Origin: Candidatus Heimdallarchaeota archaeon
Lineage (GTDB): Archaea; Asgardarchaeota; Heimdallarchaeia; JABLTI01
Assembly (NCBI GenBank): GCA_018238155.1
Contig: JABCTZ010000001.1
Coordinates: 51,691-115,690, forward strand
Reading direction: 5' to 3'
DNA length: 64,000 bases
A program made the translations under genes and the position numbers. The first letter of the stretch is position 1, and each line of letters opens with the position of its first letter. The notes under the pieces were generated by a model. That model made no database searches and had not been told where the DNA came from. It saw only the letters and a program-made list of their open reading frames with translations. Shown one piece after another: positions 29,884 through 39,161 of this stretch.

Positions 29884-31164
29884 ATGGTAGAAATAAGACC
29901 CTTTAGAGGAATACGATATACTAAGAAAGCAGGCGATTTAGCAGGTCTCGTAGTTCAACCCTATGACAAAATTACTGCTGAAATGCAAAAGAGCTATTAT
30001 ACAAAGTCCGAATATAATTTTTGCCGGTTAAGTTTACCAATAGAAGAAAATCGTTATGAAATTTCAGGAGAACGGTTAGAGAAATGGAAAACAGACGGTA
30101 TCTTTGAACAAGATGATAAAATCGGTTTGTATGTTTATTTTCAAGATTTCGAATTGTTTGGTAAAAAAATGATCAGAAAAGGCTTTTTTGCTGCAGTCAA
30201 ATTACATCACTTTGAAAGTGAAATTGTTCTTCCACACGAATGGACTCACAAAGGACCAAAAATCGATCGATTAAATATGCTGAAAGCTACTCAAACATTC
30301 TTAGAACCTGGTTTTATGCTTTATAATGATCCTGACAAAGTTACCACCAAAATTTTCGATGAAGTATCCATATCAGAACCTGAAATGGATGTCATTGATA
30401 GTTTAGGCGTTCGTAATAGAATTTGGAAATTAGAAGATCCAGAAAAAATAAAGAAAATTCAACAAGTCTTTGAAATCCCACCTGGACAAATTGTTGTTGC
30501 AGATGGTCATCATCGTTATGAAACTGCTTGTGGTTATAGTGATACAATTCGAAACACTCGTTCAAATTGGTCTGAAGATGATGCAGTTAATTTTAGAATG
30601 ACATTATTAGTTGCAGTACAAGATGAAGGTCTAACTGTTTTACCAACTCACAGAATTTTGGATGGTTACAAAGTTTCTGACAATGCTTGGAAAGAAATAA
30701 AAGAATACTTTGAAGTTTCATCCTTAGAAAAAGATGAAATTCAAGCTTTTATGGATTCATATGAAAAGCATGCATTCACTATCTATACTGAAGGTAAAGC
30801 CTATGGTTTAGTTTTGAAAGACACAAATACTATTGACAAATTCTTAAAAGAAGAACATGCAGAATCCTATAAAGAATTGGATGTAGTAATCGTTCGAGAA
30901 ATTATTTTCAATGGCATCCTCAAAACAAAAGACCTAAAAATCAATAAAAGCATTTTCTACATTCGATGGTTAGACGATGCTTTGAAGAAAGTTGATGACG
31001 GTAAGGCAACTATTGCACTAATTATGAATTCAACGAAAGCTGCTCAAGTACTTGATGCATCCAAAAATAACGAACGAATGCCTCAAAAATCAACTGATTT
31101 CTATCCAAAAATGATTTCAGGTCTTGTTTTACAAGACATTAATTATGGTCAATTGCTGTTGTAA
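29884..31164 (+). CDS. DUF1015 family protein
   Basis: IRPFRG, PYD, PHE.T, ADGHHRYETA, PTHR and MPQKST.FYPK motifs. Confidence 0.92.
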   Translation: MVEIRPFRGIRYTKKAGDLAGLVVQPYDKITAEMQKSYYTKSEYNFCRLSLPIEENRYEISGERLEKWKTDGIFEQDDKIGLYVYFQDFELFGKKMIRKGFFAAVKLHHFESEIVLPHEWTHKGPKIDRLNMLKATQTFLEPGFMLYNDPDKVTTKIFDEVSISEPEMDVIDSLGVRNRIWKLEDPEKIKKIQQVFEIPPGQIVVADGHHRYETACGYSDTIRNTRSNWSEDDAVNFRMTLLVAVQDEGLTVLPTHRILDGYKVSDNAWKEIKEYFEVSSLEKDEIQAFMDSYEKHAFTIYTEGKAYGLVLKDTNTIDKFLKEEHAESYKELDVVIVREIIFNGILKTKDLKINKSIFYIRWLDDALKKVDDGKATIALIMNSTKAAQVLDASKNNERMPQKSTDFYPKMISGLVLQDINYGQLLL

Positions 31165-31267
31165 TTAACAACAGCTTTAATTATTTCAAAAATTCTTTCT
31201 TAAACAAACTCTTAAATACTCATCCATTTTGTAGAATAATTAGAATAATTAAATGATGTGAAAACCA

Positions 31268-31462
31268 ATGCCCGAGGAAATCAAAGATATTTCAAAACTA
31301 GATGACATCATTGCTCGTGCAACTGAATGTAGAGTAAAAAGAGTAGGCGATGAAGTTAAATTAAAATTCAGAACTAAACATAAACTCTACACAATTAAGG
31401 TTCCAGTAAATGAGGCTGAAACCATTCGAGCAAGAATCAATATTCCAATTGTGGATTATTAA
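31268..31462 (+). CDS. rpl38e: Ribosomal protein eL38
   Basis: MP.EIKDI...A...RVKR...VKLK.RT...LYT pattern. Confidence 0.8.
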   Translation: MPEEIKDISKLDDIIARATECRVKRVGDEVKLKFRTKHKLYTIKVPVNEAETIRARINIPIVDY

Positions 31463-31544
31463 AAAAAAATGTGGCTGGAATTCTTTCCAGTTTCACTGCC
31501 TAATTTTCAATTTATTTTATACCGCTCTATGGTAAACATTTTTG

Positions 31545-32057
31545 CTACTTTGTCAAACCTTGAAATTTAAGTAACATTTTTACAATATCTTTCTTGTTCA
31601 TGTTGGTGTTACAATATTTACACCGAATCATCAATGGATCACTGTTTTTAACAAAATAGGTTTGTTTTGGTGGTTCTCTTGCATTGGTGATGCATTTTGG
31701 GTTGATACATTTTGGAAATCCATGAACTTCTTTAGGCAACTCTACTTTGAATTTGTTCACAATCTTGAAATTTTTTATTTCGTTAATTGTAGCTCTTGGA
31801 GTAATAAGTGAAATTTGATTAATTTCTTTTTTATCTAGAATTCTATTTTCAACTTTCACAATATCTTTTTTGGTTTTTTTCTTGCTTTGTACATTTAACG
31901 AAAGTGTTACCATTGTTCCTTCTCTACCTGTAATTCCTAGCATCTCAAGTACAAGTAGTGCTGTTCCGGCAGCTATGTGATCTATCACTGTTCCATTTTT
32001 AATCTTTGAAACTTTGAGTTCACTTGTTTCGGTTGTCTTTTCGCTCATAGTCATCAA
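31545..32057 (-). CDS. pyrI: Aspartate carbamoyltransferase regulatory subunit
   Basis: GTVIDHI, KDIVKVE, C.NP.CITN and CKYC motifs. Confidence 0.96.
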   Translation of the reverse strand: MMTMSEKTTETSELKVSKIKNGTVIDHIAAGTALLVLEMLGITGREGTMVTLSLNVQSKKKTKKDIVKVENRILDKKEINQISLITPRATINEIKNFKIVNKFKVELPKEVHGFPKCINPKCITNAREPPKQTYFVKNSDPLMIRCKYCNTNMNKKDIVKMLLKFQGLTK

Positions 32058-32074
32058 ATCCTTTGATAATATTG

Positions 32075-33010
32075 CTATATTTTTCCTCCAAGTATTAGAT
32101 TTAAAAGTGCCATTCTTGTTAACACTCCATTGAATGTTTGGCTGAAATATACTGCATGAACAGTTTCATCCAAATCATAATCGATTTCATTTACTCGAGG
32201 GAGTGGATGTAAAACAGGTATAGGTCCTTTCGCTTCTTTCATTATTTTTTTAGTTAGAACATAAGCATCTTTAACTTTGGCATATTCACTCTCTTGGGCA
32301 AATCGTTCTTTCTGAATTCTTGTCATATAAATTGCATCTACTCTTGAAATGACATTGATTAAACTTTCTTCTTCATGAAATTCTAATCCTGCTTCTTTAA
32401 GATCAGTTTTTATTTCGTCTCTAATCTTCAATGATTGTGGAGATACAAAGTCGATTATTACACCTTTATATTTTGCTAAAGAATATGCAAGGGAATGTAC
32501 GGTTCTACCATATTTCAAATCGCCTACTAATGCGATTCTTTTTCCTTCAATTTCTTTCAATTCACGTTTTAAAGTAAGAAGGTCAAGTAATGCTTGTGTT
32601 GGGTGTTCTTCCGCTCCACTACCACCACTAATTACTGGTACCGATGAAAACTCTGCTGCTAACCGTGCAGATCCTTCCATAGGGTGACGGATTACAATTA
32701 CATCGCCATAATTAGCTACTGTTCGAATTGTATCAGAAAGGCTTTCACCCTTTGCTGCAGAAGAAGATTTTGGATCAGATACGCTAATAACTGCACCACC
32801 TAAACGATGCATTGCAGATTCAAAACTTAAACGAGTTCTTGTGCTTGGTTCCATGAATAGAGAGACCATTACTTTGCCAACAAGAGGTTTTTTCCCTGAA
32901 TGAATGATTTTTTCCATCTTTTCGGCTTCATCTAATATTAGATTAATATGCTCTCTAGTGAGGTCCCGAATTGACACTAAACTCTTTCCGAGGAATGATG
33001 TTTCTGTCAT
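32075..33010 (-). CDS. pyrB: Aspartate carbamoyltransferase catalytic subunit
   Basis: EPSTRT, HPTQ, GDLKYGRTVHS and HPLPR motifs. Confidence 0.97.
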   Translation of the reverse strand: MTETSFLGKSLVSIRDLTREHINLILDEAEKMEKIIHSGKKPLVGKVMVSLFMEPSTRTRLSFESAMHRLGGAVISVSDPKSSSAAKGESLSDTIRTVANYGDVIVIRHPMEGSARLAAEFSSVPVISGGSGAEEHPTQALLDLLTLKRELKEIEGKRIALVGDLKYGRTVHSLAYSLAKYKGVIIDFVSPQSLKIRDEIKTDLKEAGLEFHEEESLINVISRVDAIYMTRIQKERFAQESEYAKVKDAYVLTKKIMKEAKGPIPVLHPLPRVNEIDYDLDETVHAVYFSQTFNGVLTRMALLNLILGGKI

Positions 33011-33208
33011 AGTTCTTCAAGAATAATTGCAGAATGTTTCTTCTAAAAAGGATTTTCGTCATCAATGGAAAAAAAATGCTTGACTTTTAAATTAATTATC
33101 TAATAAAATAATCTTTCATTAGATAATACTAGGGCAAAAAAAAGATTTTTGATTCAAAAAAATAAAAAAGATTATTTTTGCCCACTTCTTTCGTGGACAA
33201 ACTTTGTT

Positions 33209-33781
33209 TTATGTTGCAATAGCTCTTTGTGCACTTGGTGTTGCGCCCATGAATCGGCGAACAAAATTTCCTAAACCAATAGATGTTAGGAAATACCAAC
33301 CCGTGAATCCCATCCAAGTTAAATTACCAAGATATCGAACATTTGGTATTATTAAAGGAATAGATGGGAAATTAAAAGGCATCCAAGCGATTGGAATATT
33401 AACAAATGCTGATCTCATCAAGAAGAAAATGATTGTTACAGGAACAAACCAAACCAACATTGGTTTCATATTTTGAATCATCATTTCACTTTGGATTTTC
33501 TTAATATATTCTTCTCTTCTTTGAACTTTTTGCCATAATTTCTTATCAGCAGAATCCATTGCTTTCTTTTTATTTTCATTATGAATTTTGATTTCTTTTT
33601 GGTTTCGACTGATTTTCTCTACATTCACAAGTGCTTTTGTGAGTAAACTCATTAACACTGCCATCAATATATTGAACAAGATTATAAAATATGTTGATCC
33701 TGGTGCATATAATATTCCTATAGCTTCAAAGATGAAGCTAAACCATGCTCCTACGGGATCAAGGAAACTTAACCAACCCAA
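33209..33781 (-). CDS. DUF106 / EMC3-TMCO1 (Oxa1 superfamily) membrane insertase
   Basis: TM, coiled coil, MKPM...TM, then GF.GWYFL.S; adjacent to rpl34e. Confidence 0.85.
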   Translation of the reverse strand: MGWLSFLDPVGAWFSFIFEAIGILYAPGSTYFIILFNILMAVLMSLLTKALVNVEKISRNQKEIKIHNENKKKAMDSADKKLWQKVQRREEYIKKIQSEMMIQNMKPMLVWFVPVTIIFFLMRSAFVNIPIAWMPFNFPSIPLIIPNVRYLGNLTWMGFTGWYFLTSIGLGNFVRRFMGATPSAQRAIAT

Positions 33782-34071
33782 AGTGTTTTTCTCCTATTGA
33801 AGTTATTATTGTGTTTCTTATGATAAGACGACACATTTAATCTAATAAAAGATTTCTTATTATTCGATAAAATGGTCTTTTTTTTCTCTGAAAGAGAAAT
33901 AGAAAAGAGTAATATTAATACTTACCTACTCAATTATTTAATAGAGTGCATATAAAACCGAACTTCTCATCAAGAAGGTAACACTTAAATCTTCATTGCA
34001 AACACAATATTCAAGAATGATAAATAATTCTCGCGATATAGCGAATGATATAGTTTAATAATTAAGGAATA

Positions 34072-34350
34072 GTGAAGCTAATGAAACCAAGTGAACGTTT
34101 TGCCAAGAAAGTTTGGCGAAAACCACCCAAAAAAGATTCTGTAGGACACAAAGTACCTGTAAAATCTGGTCTAGGAAAATGTGCGATTTGTAAAAAACAA
34201 ATTAATAGCACCAAGAAGCGATTAATGAAAGATAACACTAAACCAACAAAAAGTCATACCAGGACCAATAGACCTTATGGTGGTTATCTTTGTACCAAAT
34301 GTTTTAGAAAACAAATTATCGAGACAAACAGAGCTTCAACTGAAGCTTAA
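34072..34350 (+). CDS. rpl34e: Ribosomal protein eL34
   Basis: KCAIC...RPYGGYLC..C motif. Confidence 0.9.
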   Translation: MKLMKPSERFAKKVWRKPPKKDSVGHKVPVKSGLGKCAICKKQINSTKKRLMKDNTKPTKSHTRTNRPYGGYLCTKCFRKQIIETNRASTEA

Positions 34351-34454
34351 TTCTCTCTTATTATTTCAGCTCTTTTCTAGATATTCGTAATATTCTTTTT
34401 ACTTCTTTACTGGTTTTATTTAAAACAATAATTTAATTTAGATTGGTGAAAAAT

Positions 34455-34835
34455 ATGGAATTTGATTTGCCTATAGATACAACTCACATCAAGAAGTTTA
34501 CTGTAGAAGAAAAACATATCGCTGATATGCTTGGTAGTGGAAAGGTTGCAGTTCTCTCAACTCCTTCAATGATTTTGATGATGGAACAAACAGCAATGAT
34601 CCATGCACAGGAGTATTTACCTGATGGTTGGATAACTGTTGGAACTAAAGTATGTATTTCTCATTTGAGAGCATCAAAACAAGGAGTAATCGTTTCTGTA
34701 AATACAAAATTAACATCCTTTGAGAATAAGCATCTAATTTTTAATGTGGAGGCTTTTGAAGGAGAACACAAAATTGGTGAAGGAACACACGAAAGGCACA
34801 TTGTCAATAAAGAGAAATTTATGGCAAGATTGTGA
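34455..34835 (+). CDS. Hot-dog thioesterase (fluoroacetyl-CoA thioesterase FlK-like)
   Basis: GSG...VLSTP.MI..ME, TVGT...H and IGEGTHER motifs. Confidence 0.88.
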   Translation: MEFDLPIDTTHIKKFTVEEKHIADMLGSGKVAVLSTPSMILMMEQTAMIHAQEYLPDGWITVGTKVCISHLRASKQGVIVSVNTKLTSFENKHLIFNVEAFEGEHKIGEGTHERHIVNKEKFMARL

Positions 34836-34911
34836 GTTTTGTAATAAATGGAAAAATAAAAAGAAGAGGATGGTAGTTTGTTGTAGCTACCTATTTAGTT
34901 TTTTTTAAGAC

Positions 34912-35778
34912 TTAGTCAGATGGTTGCATACCGTCTATTAATACAATGATAACTGACATTCCAATCGGAATTAAAACATAAGTAAGCAAAGCCATCAAAA
35001 CTGTTCCTTGTGTTCCTGATTCTGTGCTCATAATTGCTAGAACTGCGAGCATAATTACAAAGAAGATGGGTGTTACAACACCAATTACTAAGAATAATTC
35101 TGCAACTACTCCTAAACTTTCAATAAATTCTTTTTCTTCTCTAACTTTTTCACGCATTAACATTTTCGTTTCATTAGTGAGATAGCTAGTTAAATCTCCA
35201 CCGCTGATAACGACTGAAACTAATCCTTCCAAAAAGGATGCGTATATTCTTGAAGGTGAATTTTCTGCTGCTAATTCCAGTGCGCTTAGTAAATCATACC
35301 CTAGGATTTCAATATTTCGAGTGATTTTTTCTGCTTCTTTTGATACTTCAAGTTTAATATTTTCATTGGCTAATGCTAAGAATGCTTTATCTGGTGCTAC
35401 TCCTGCAGATGCCATTGCTGCGATGAATGAAGATGCAGTTGGTAGAGATGATTCTAGAGCTCTTTTTCGATTGCTGGCGATATAGTTGGGATAAACGTAA
35501 AACCCTATCAGAGTTGTTAATGGGATTAAAAGTCCAATAAAAAATGCTAACCACCAAACAATTTTGCCTGCGAACAAATAGACAATACCAATAGCTATTG
35601 GGAAACCAAGCAAAAGTGCAATAAGAGTTATTGATACTGCAGATGCAAGATACATTCGTAAACTTACACCCATATCAGCTCTTCGTAGTAATTTTCCAAG
35701 GTTTTCAAAACGAGGTAATAACGGTTCCATTAATCTTCCGACGCGGAGATAAGCTATTCTCTTAAATGTTTTGCTCAT
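34912..35778 (-). CDS. Type II/IV secretion F-domain platform protein (TadC/ArlJ-like)
   Basis: LP......A.M..AG, G.DL..AL...A..SPS and SGGDL motifs; follows the ATPase. Confidence 0.88.
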   Translation of the reverse strand: MSKTFKRIAYLRVGRLMEPLLPRFENLGKLLRRADMGVSLRMYLASAVSITLIALLLGFPIAIGIVYLFAGKIVWWLAFFIGLLIPLTTLIGFYVYPNYIASNRKRALESSLPTASSFIAAMASAGVAPDKAFLALANENIKLEVSKEAEKITRNIEILGYDLLSALELAAENSPSRIYASFLEGLVSVVISGGDLTSYLTNETKMLMREKVREEKEFIESLGVVAELFLVIGVVTPIFFVIMLAVLAIMSTESGTQGTVLMALLTYVLIPIGMSVIIVLIDGMQPSD

Positions 35779-35887
35779 AGGTTTTTCCTTCCTCTTATAT
35801 TATTTAATATTCTCTATTTTAAATTTTGGTTTTTTGCAAAAGAACAAATTATGCTTCTGACTCTGCAAAATTGATCTTGAAAAGGAT

Positions 35888-37450
35888 TTATTGCAATCCT
35901 CTTCGTGCACGCTCAAATGTTTTTTCGGGATTGCTATAGTACTCACGAACTATAGTGCTAACATCTTCCCAGTATCGGATTTTCTTTTTGACCATCCATC
36001 GAAGAACAGTCTTTCTTTGCTCGATTTCTGCCCAGCATTCTTTATCAGTACTACCAAGACTATCTCGAATTCGTTCAACAATATATGATCGACCATAGAA
36101 TGTGAAGTTATCTTCTCTAGGATTCCACTTAAACACTGGATTCGTTAGCAATTCACTGCTTACAGGATCTACACCGGCAATTTCAGTGACTTCAACAGTA
36201 CGTCTCATAAATTTACCTGCTAAGCGCACTTTTGATTGCACCGCAACGATGTCAAGTGATCGTAAGAGTGTTCTTGGAATATTCATTGGTTCTGATTCTA
36301 ACCTATGAATTACTGATTCTACAGAGTCTCCATGAATGGTTGATAGACCAAGATGACCTGTAGCCATCGATTGGAATAACATATATGCTTCTTCACCACG
36401 GATTTCACCGACAAGAATATAGTCAGGTCTCTGCCTAAGAGCAGCTTTTAGCAAGTCAAACATGGATATTTCTCCACGTTTTCTACCATCTTTCTCAATC
36501 CCACCAAACCCTAATCTCGAGACAGCGGGAATCCAATTTTCATGGGGGAGGTTAATTTCTGCAGTATCCTCTATAGAAACTATTTTTGCATCTGGGAGAA
36601 TAAACATTGAAATACAATTAAGCAATGTTGTCTTTCCTGAGGCAACTCCACCTGCAATCATAACTGAATGTCTGTTTTCAATAACAAACCAATAAAAGGC
36701 ACCAATTAATGGATCAAGAGTATTTAGAAGGATAAGATCCGTAATTGTCATTGGATCTGCTTTGAATTTACGGATAGTAAATGTTGACCCTCTTTGAGTT
36801 ACTTCTTTTCCATAAGTAATATTAATACGACTTCCATCTGTAAGTGAAGCATCTACAATTGGATTGGCTACACTGATGTGTCTACCTGATCTTTGGGCTA
36901 GCTTAATAACAAATGAATCCAGTTCTTCTGCATTATCAAAAATGATATTTGTAGGAATTGATTCGTGTTTTCTATGCCAGACATAGATTGGTACTCCAAC
37001 ACCATCACAAGAAATATCTTCGATCATATGATCTTTTAATATAGGCTCAATTTTGCCAAAACCCAAAAGATCTCTCTGAACATAATAGAGAATCCTATCG
37101 AACGATTCTTCCTTCAATTTTAACGAATAATCTTTAACGATATCGAAGACTTTTTTACGAAGATATTCAGCTGCTCGATCCTTCTCTTTTAAGAGGGAGA
37201 AATCAACGTCCAATTCTTCAATTAGGATCTGTTTGATGGTTTTAAATTTCTCTTCCTCTTTCTGTTCTAAAGGAACCTCAACGACAATGTATTGAGTTCT
37301 TTTAGAGATTGGATCGGTCTGAATCAAGCAATAACTAAAAGGAGGGATGAGTGGATACGTCTCCTCAAGTAATGGAGCTGATTCAATGGAGGAAACTGGT
37401 TTGAATTGTTTCTCATCTTTTGGGAATTTCTCTGTCATTTTTATCTGCAC
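35888..37450 (-). CDS. Type IV pilus assembly ATPase (VirB11/TadA/ArlI family)
   Basis: GGVASGKTT, SIEDT.E, ALRQRPD.ILVGEIRG and TGH motifs. Confidence 0.93.
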   Translation of the reverse strand: MQIKMTEKFPKDEKQFKPVSSIESAPLLEETYPLIPPFSYCLIQTDPISKRTQYIVVEVPLEQKEEEKFKTIKQILIEELDVDFSLLKEKDRAAEYLRKKVFDIVKDYSLKLKEESFDRILYYVQRDLLGFGKIEPILKDHMIEDISCDGVGVPIYVWHRKHESIPTNIIFDNAEELDSFVIKLAQRSGRHISVANPIVDASLTDGSRINITYGKEVTQRGSTFTIRKFKADPMTITDLILLNTLDPLIGAFYWFVIENRHSVMIAGGVASGKTTLLNCISMFILPDAKIVSIEDTAEINLPHENWIPAVSRLGFGGIEKDGRKRGEISMFDLLKAALRQRPDYILVGEIRGEEAYMLFQSMATGHLGLSTIHGDSVESVIHRLESEPMNIPRTLLRSLDIVAVQSKVRLAGKFMRRTVEVTEIAGVDPVSSELLTNPVFKWNPREDNFTFYGRSYIVERIRDSLGSTDKECWAEIEQRKTVLRWMVKKKIRYWEDVSTIVREYYSNPEKTFERARRGLQ

Positions 37451-37459
37451 CTGTTAATA

Positions 37460-37951
37460 TTACCAAATATATATTGTAAAAGTATTTGATCCTGCTGCTC
37501 GGATAAAATCAATATGCTGTTGGAAGCTTTCACTATGTAACAATGGCAATCCAGTTCCTGCTTTATTTACTAATGAAACATCTTGCCAAGGAATAGTAGT
37601 TTCAAAGGGAATTTCACTTATGGATGCATCTGAACTATCAATAGCTACCATAAACCAATGGTTCGCTCCTGGGAGGACTTTGAAAGTGATTTCATAGTGA
37701 TGACCTGAAATGTCTATAGGAAGACTAAGAGTTCTGTTGATTGCTACTCTAGTCTGAGGATCGGTACTCATACCTAACTCTAGAACATTTTTTAGCTCTT
37801 CAGCTACAGTTGTCAATACATCATTAAGTCCTACTTCAACGGTACTTTCAATTGTGTTCATATTAATCGTGTTGAAAGTTACAGTAACACCCGCAATAGC
37901 AATAACTCCGATTGCAATAACACTGATGTACATAACCCATTCTGAAGCCAT
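37460..37951 (-). CDS. Pilin-like protein without a class III leader
   Basis: MASEW plus a hydrophobic stretch and a beta-rich head; first gene of the pilus operon. Confidence 0.55.
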   Translation of the reverse strand: MASEWVMYISVIAIGVIAIAGVTVTFNTINMNTIESTVEVGLNDVLTTVAEELKNVLELGMSTDPQTRVAINRTLSLPIDISGHHYEITFKVLPGANHWFMVAIDSSDASISEIPFETTIPWQDVSLVNKAGTGLPLLHSESFQQHIDFIRAAGSNTFTIYIW

Positions 37952-38214
37952 TATTGTGTCTCCTAGTTAGTTTCCGTAGTTAAATGTAATAACAACGTCA
38001 ATTGATAAATCTATTCTTCTTACTATTTACTTAATTGTATACAGCTGATTTATTTCATAAGCAAAAAAACTTTTGCTAGGTCAAATTCTATTCTTAAATT
38101 ATCTAATTTAAATCATTTGGGTGTTTTAAGCTAAATTCAATGTAAAAAAAGCTTTTTGTTGAAATAAAGACTGAAAAAGAAAAAAAAGAGGAGAGTATAA
38201 ACTCTGCGCTTCGA

Positions 38215-38421
38215 TTATTTTCGTCTTCTTTTTACTGCTGTTACTCCAACAACAGCTGCTAAAGCAGGGATAGCAATTAACCATTCAAAACCAGTTGCTT
38301 CATTGTAGAATTCGCCAATGTTATAACCTTCAATTTCAACACATTGTTCCATAACAAATGATTGTGTAATGCCTAAAATAGTACCAGAGCAATCTATGGC
38401 TACTTTCCATCCTTGGCTCAC
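38215..38421 (-). pseudogene. 3' remnant of a surface-protein gene with a C-terminal sorting signal
   Basis: TGFEWLIAIPALAAVVGVTAVKRRRK tail; no signal peptide or convincing RBS; own hairpin/T-tract at ~38174-38205; starts next to the cassette copy 2 promoter. Confidence 0.6.
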
Positions 38422-38440
38422 AAGATTTTTTTCTTGAAGA

Positions 38441-38560
38441 AAACCGACAAAAAACCAATACTGAATAACATTTATTAATATAATTTGCGTTGGAGAACTA
38501 GTAATCAGTTTTTCTGATTATTAGAAATTTATTGGAAAAATGAGGAAAAATGAGGAAAAA
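38441..38560 (+). repeat. Conserved promoter/leader of cassette copy 2
   Basis: Colinear with 15181-15300; hairpin CTAGTAATCAG-TTTTT-CTGATTATTAG at 38498-38524. Confidence 0.9.
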
Positions 38561-39098
38561 ACAATTACTTGTAATATTGTTAATATCAATCTTTTGTTGT
38601 TCCATTTTTTTAAGGATGAATTCAACAAATTCCACAACAATAGAGCTTGATAAAATACAAATTGTAATCAATAAGATAGCTGTAACAGATGAATTGGCGA
38701 AAGTATGGTTTTTTAGTACTTGGTACTTTATGGAAATTGAACCAATGTACAAAAGACACTTTGGAACTTGGGGCGATCGACTTCAAAATAGTGATTTTCA
38801 ATATGAGGATTGGATTGGTAGTTCAAATAGATATCCTGCTGGAATTGAAGCTAATAAAATCAAGGTTTATTCTAATATTCTAAATATTGAGTATTCTTAT
38901 TGTTTACCTTTTGAAGACGATGACAAATCTGAACTATCTCTCAGCTTCACACTCCACAGAAGAAATCCACATGGCAAGCATGTCTTTACTAAAGAATTTA
39001 ATAATTTGGACTACGGAGTTATGTATTCGAGTGGAGATTTGAATTATAGAAATTATGGCGGGCATGTGACTGTATATTTCACAGTCAATTTATTGTAA
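38550..39098 (+). CDS. Secreted hypothetical protein, cassette copy 2
   Basis: Signal peptide; shares P.Y.R.FG..GD, G.S..YP.GI, S.C..F and G.V.VY.T..LL with 15290-15832. Confidence 0.8.
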   Translation: MRKKQLLVILLISIFCCSIFLRMNSTNSTTIELDKIQIVINKIAVTDELAKVWFFSTWYFMEIEPMYKRHFGTWGDRLQNSDFQYEDWIGSSNRYPAGIEANKIKVYSNILNIEYSYCLPFEDDDKSELSLSFTLHRRNPHGKHVFTKEFNNLDYGVMYSSGDLNYRNYGGHVTVYFTVNLL

Positions 39099-39122
39099 TG
39101 GGAACACCATTACATTTTTTTT
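39094..39122 (+). terminator. Hairpin plus T8 after the secreted-protein gene (copy 2)
   Basis: TGTAATGG-GAACA-CCATTACA-TTTTTTTT. Confidence 0.75.
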
Positions 39123-39161
39123 AAGAATTAAATAGAATGAATAAGAGGAGATGGTTGTACT

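Noticed and set aside
34028-34050. Hairpin TCGC-GATATA-GCGA flanked by ATGAT upstream of rpl34e as a K-turn or C/D element
   Set aside because: Only a 4-bp stem and no CTGA partner box; too weak to call.
34912-37450. Archaellum or conjugation locus
   Set aside because: No archaellin, ArlH, VirB4 or relaxase; it fits a generic type IV pilus module.
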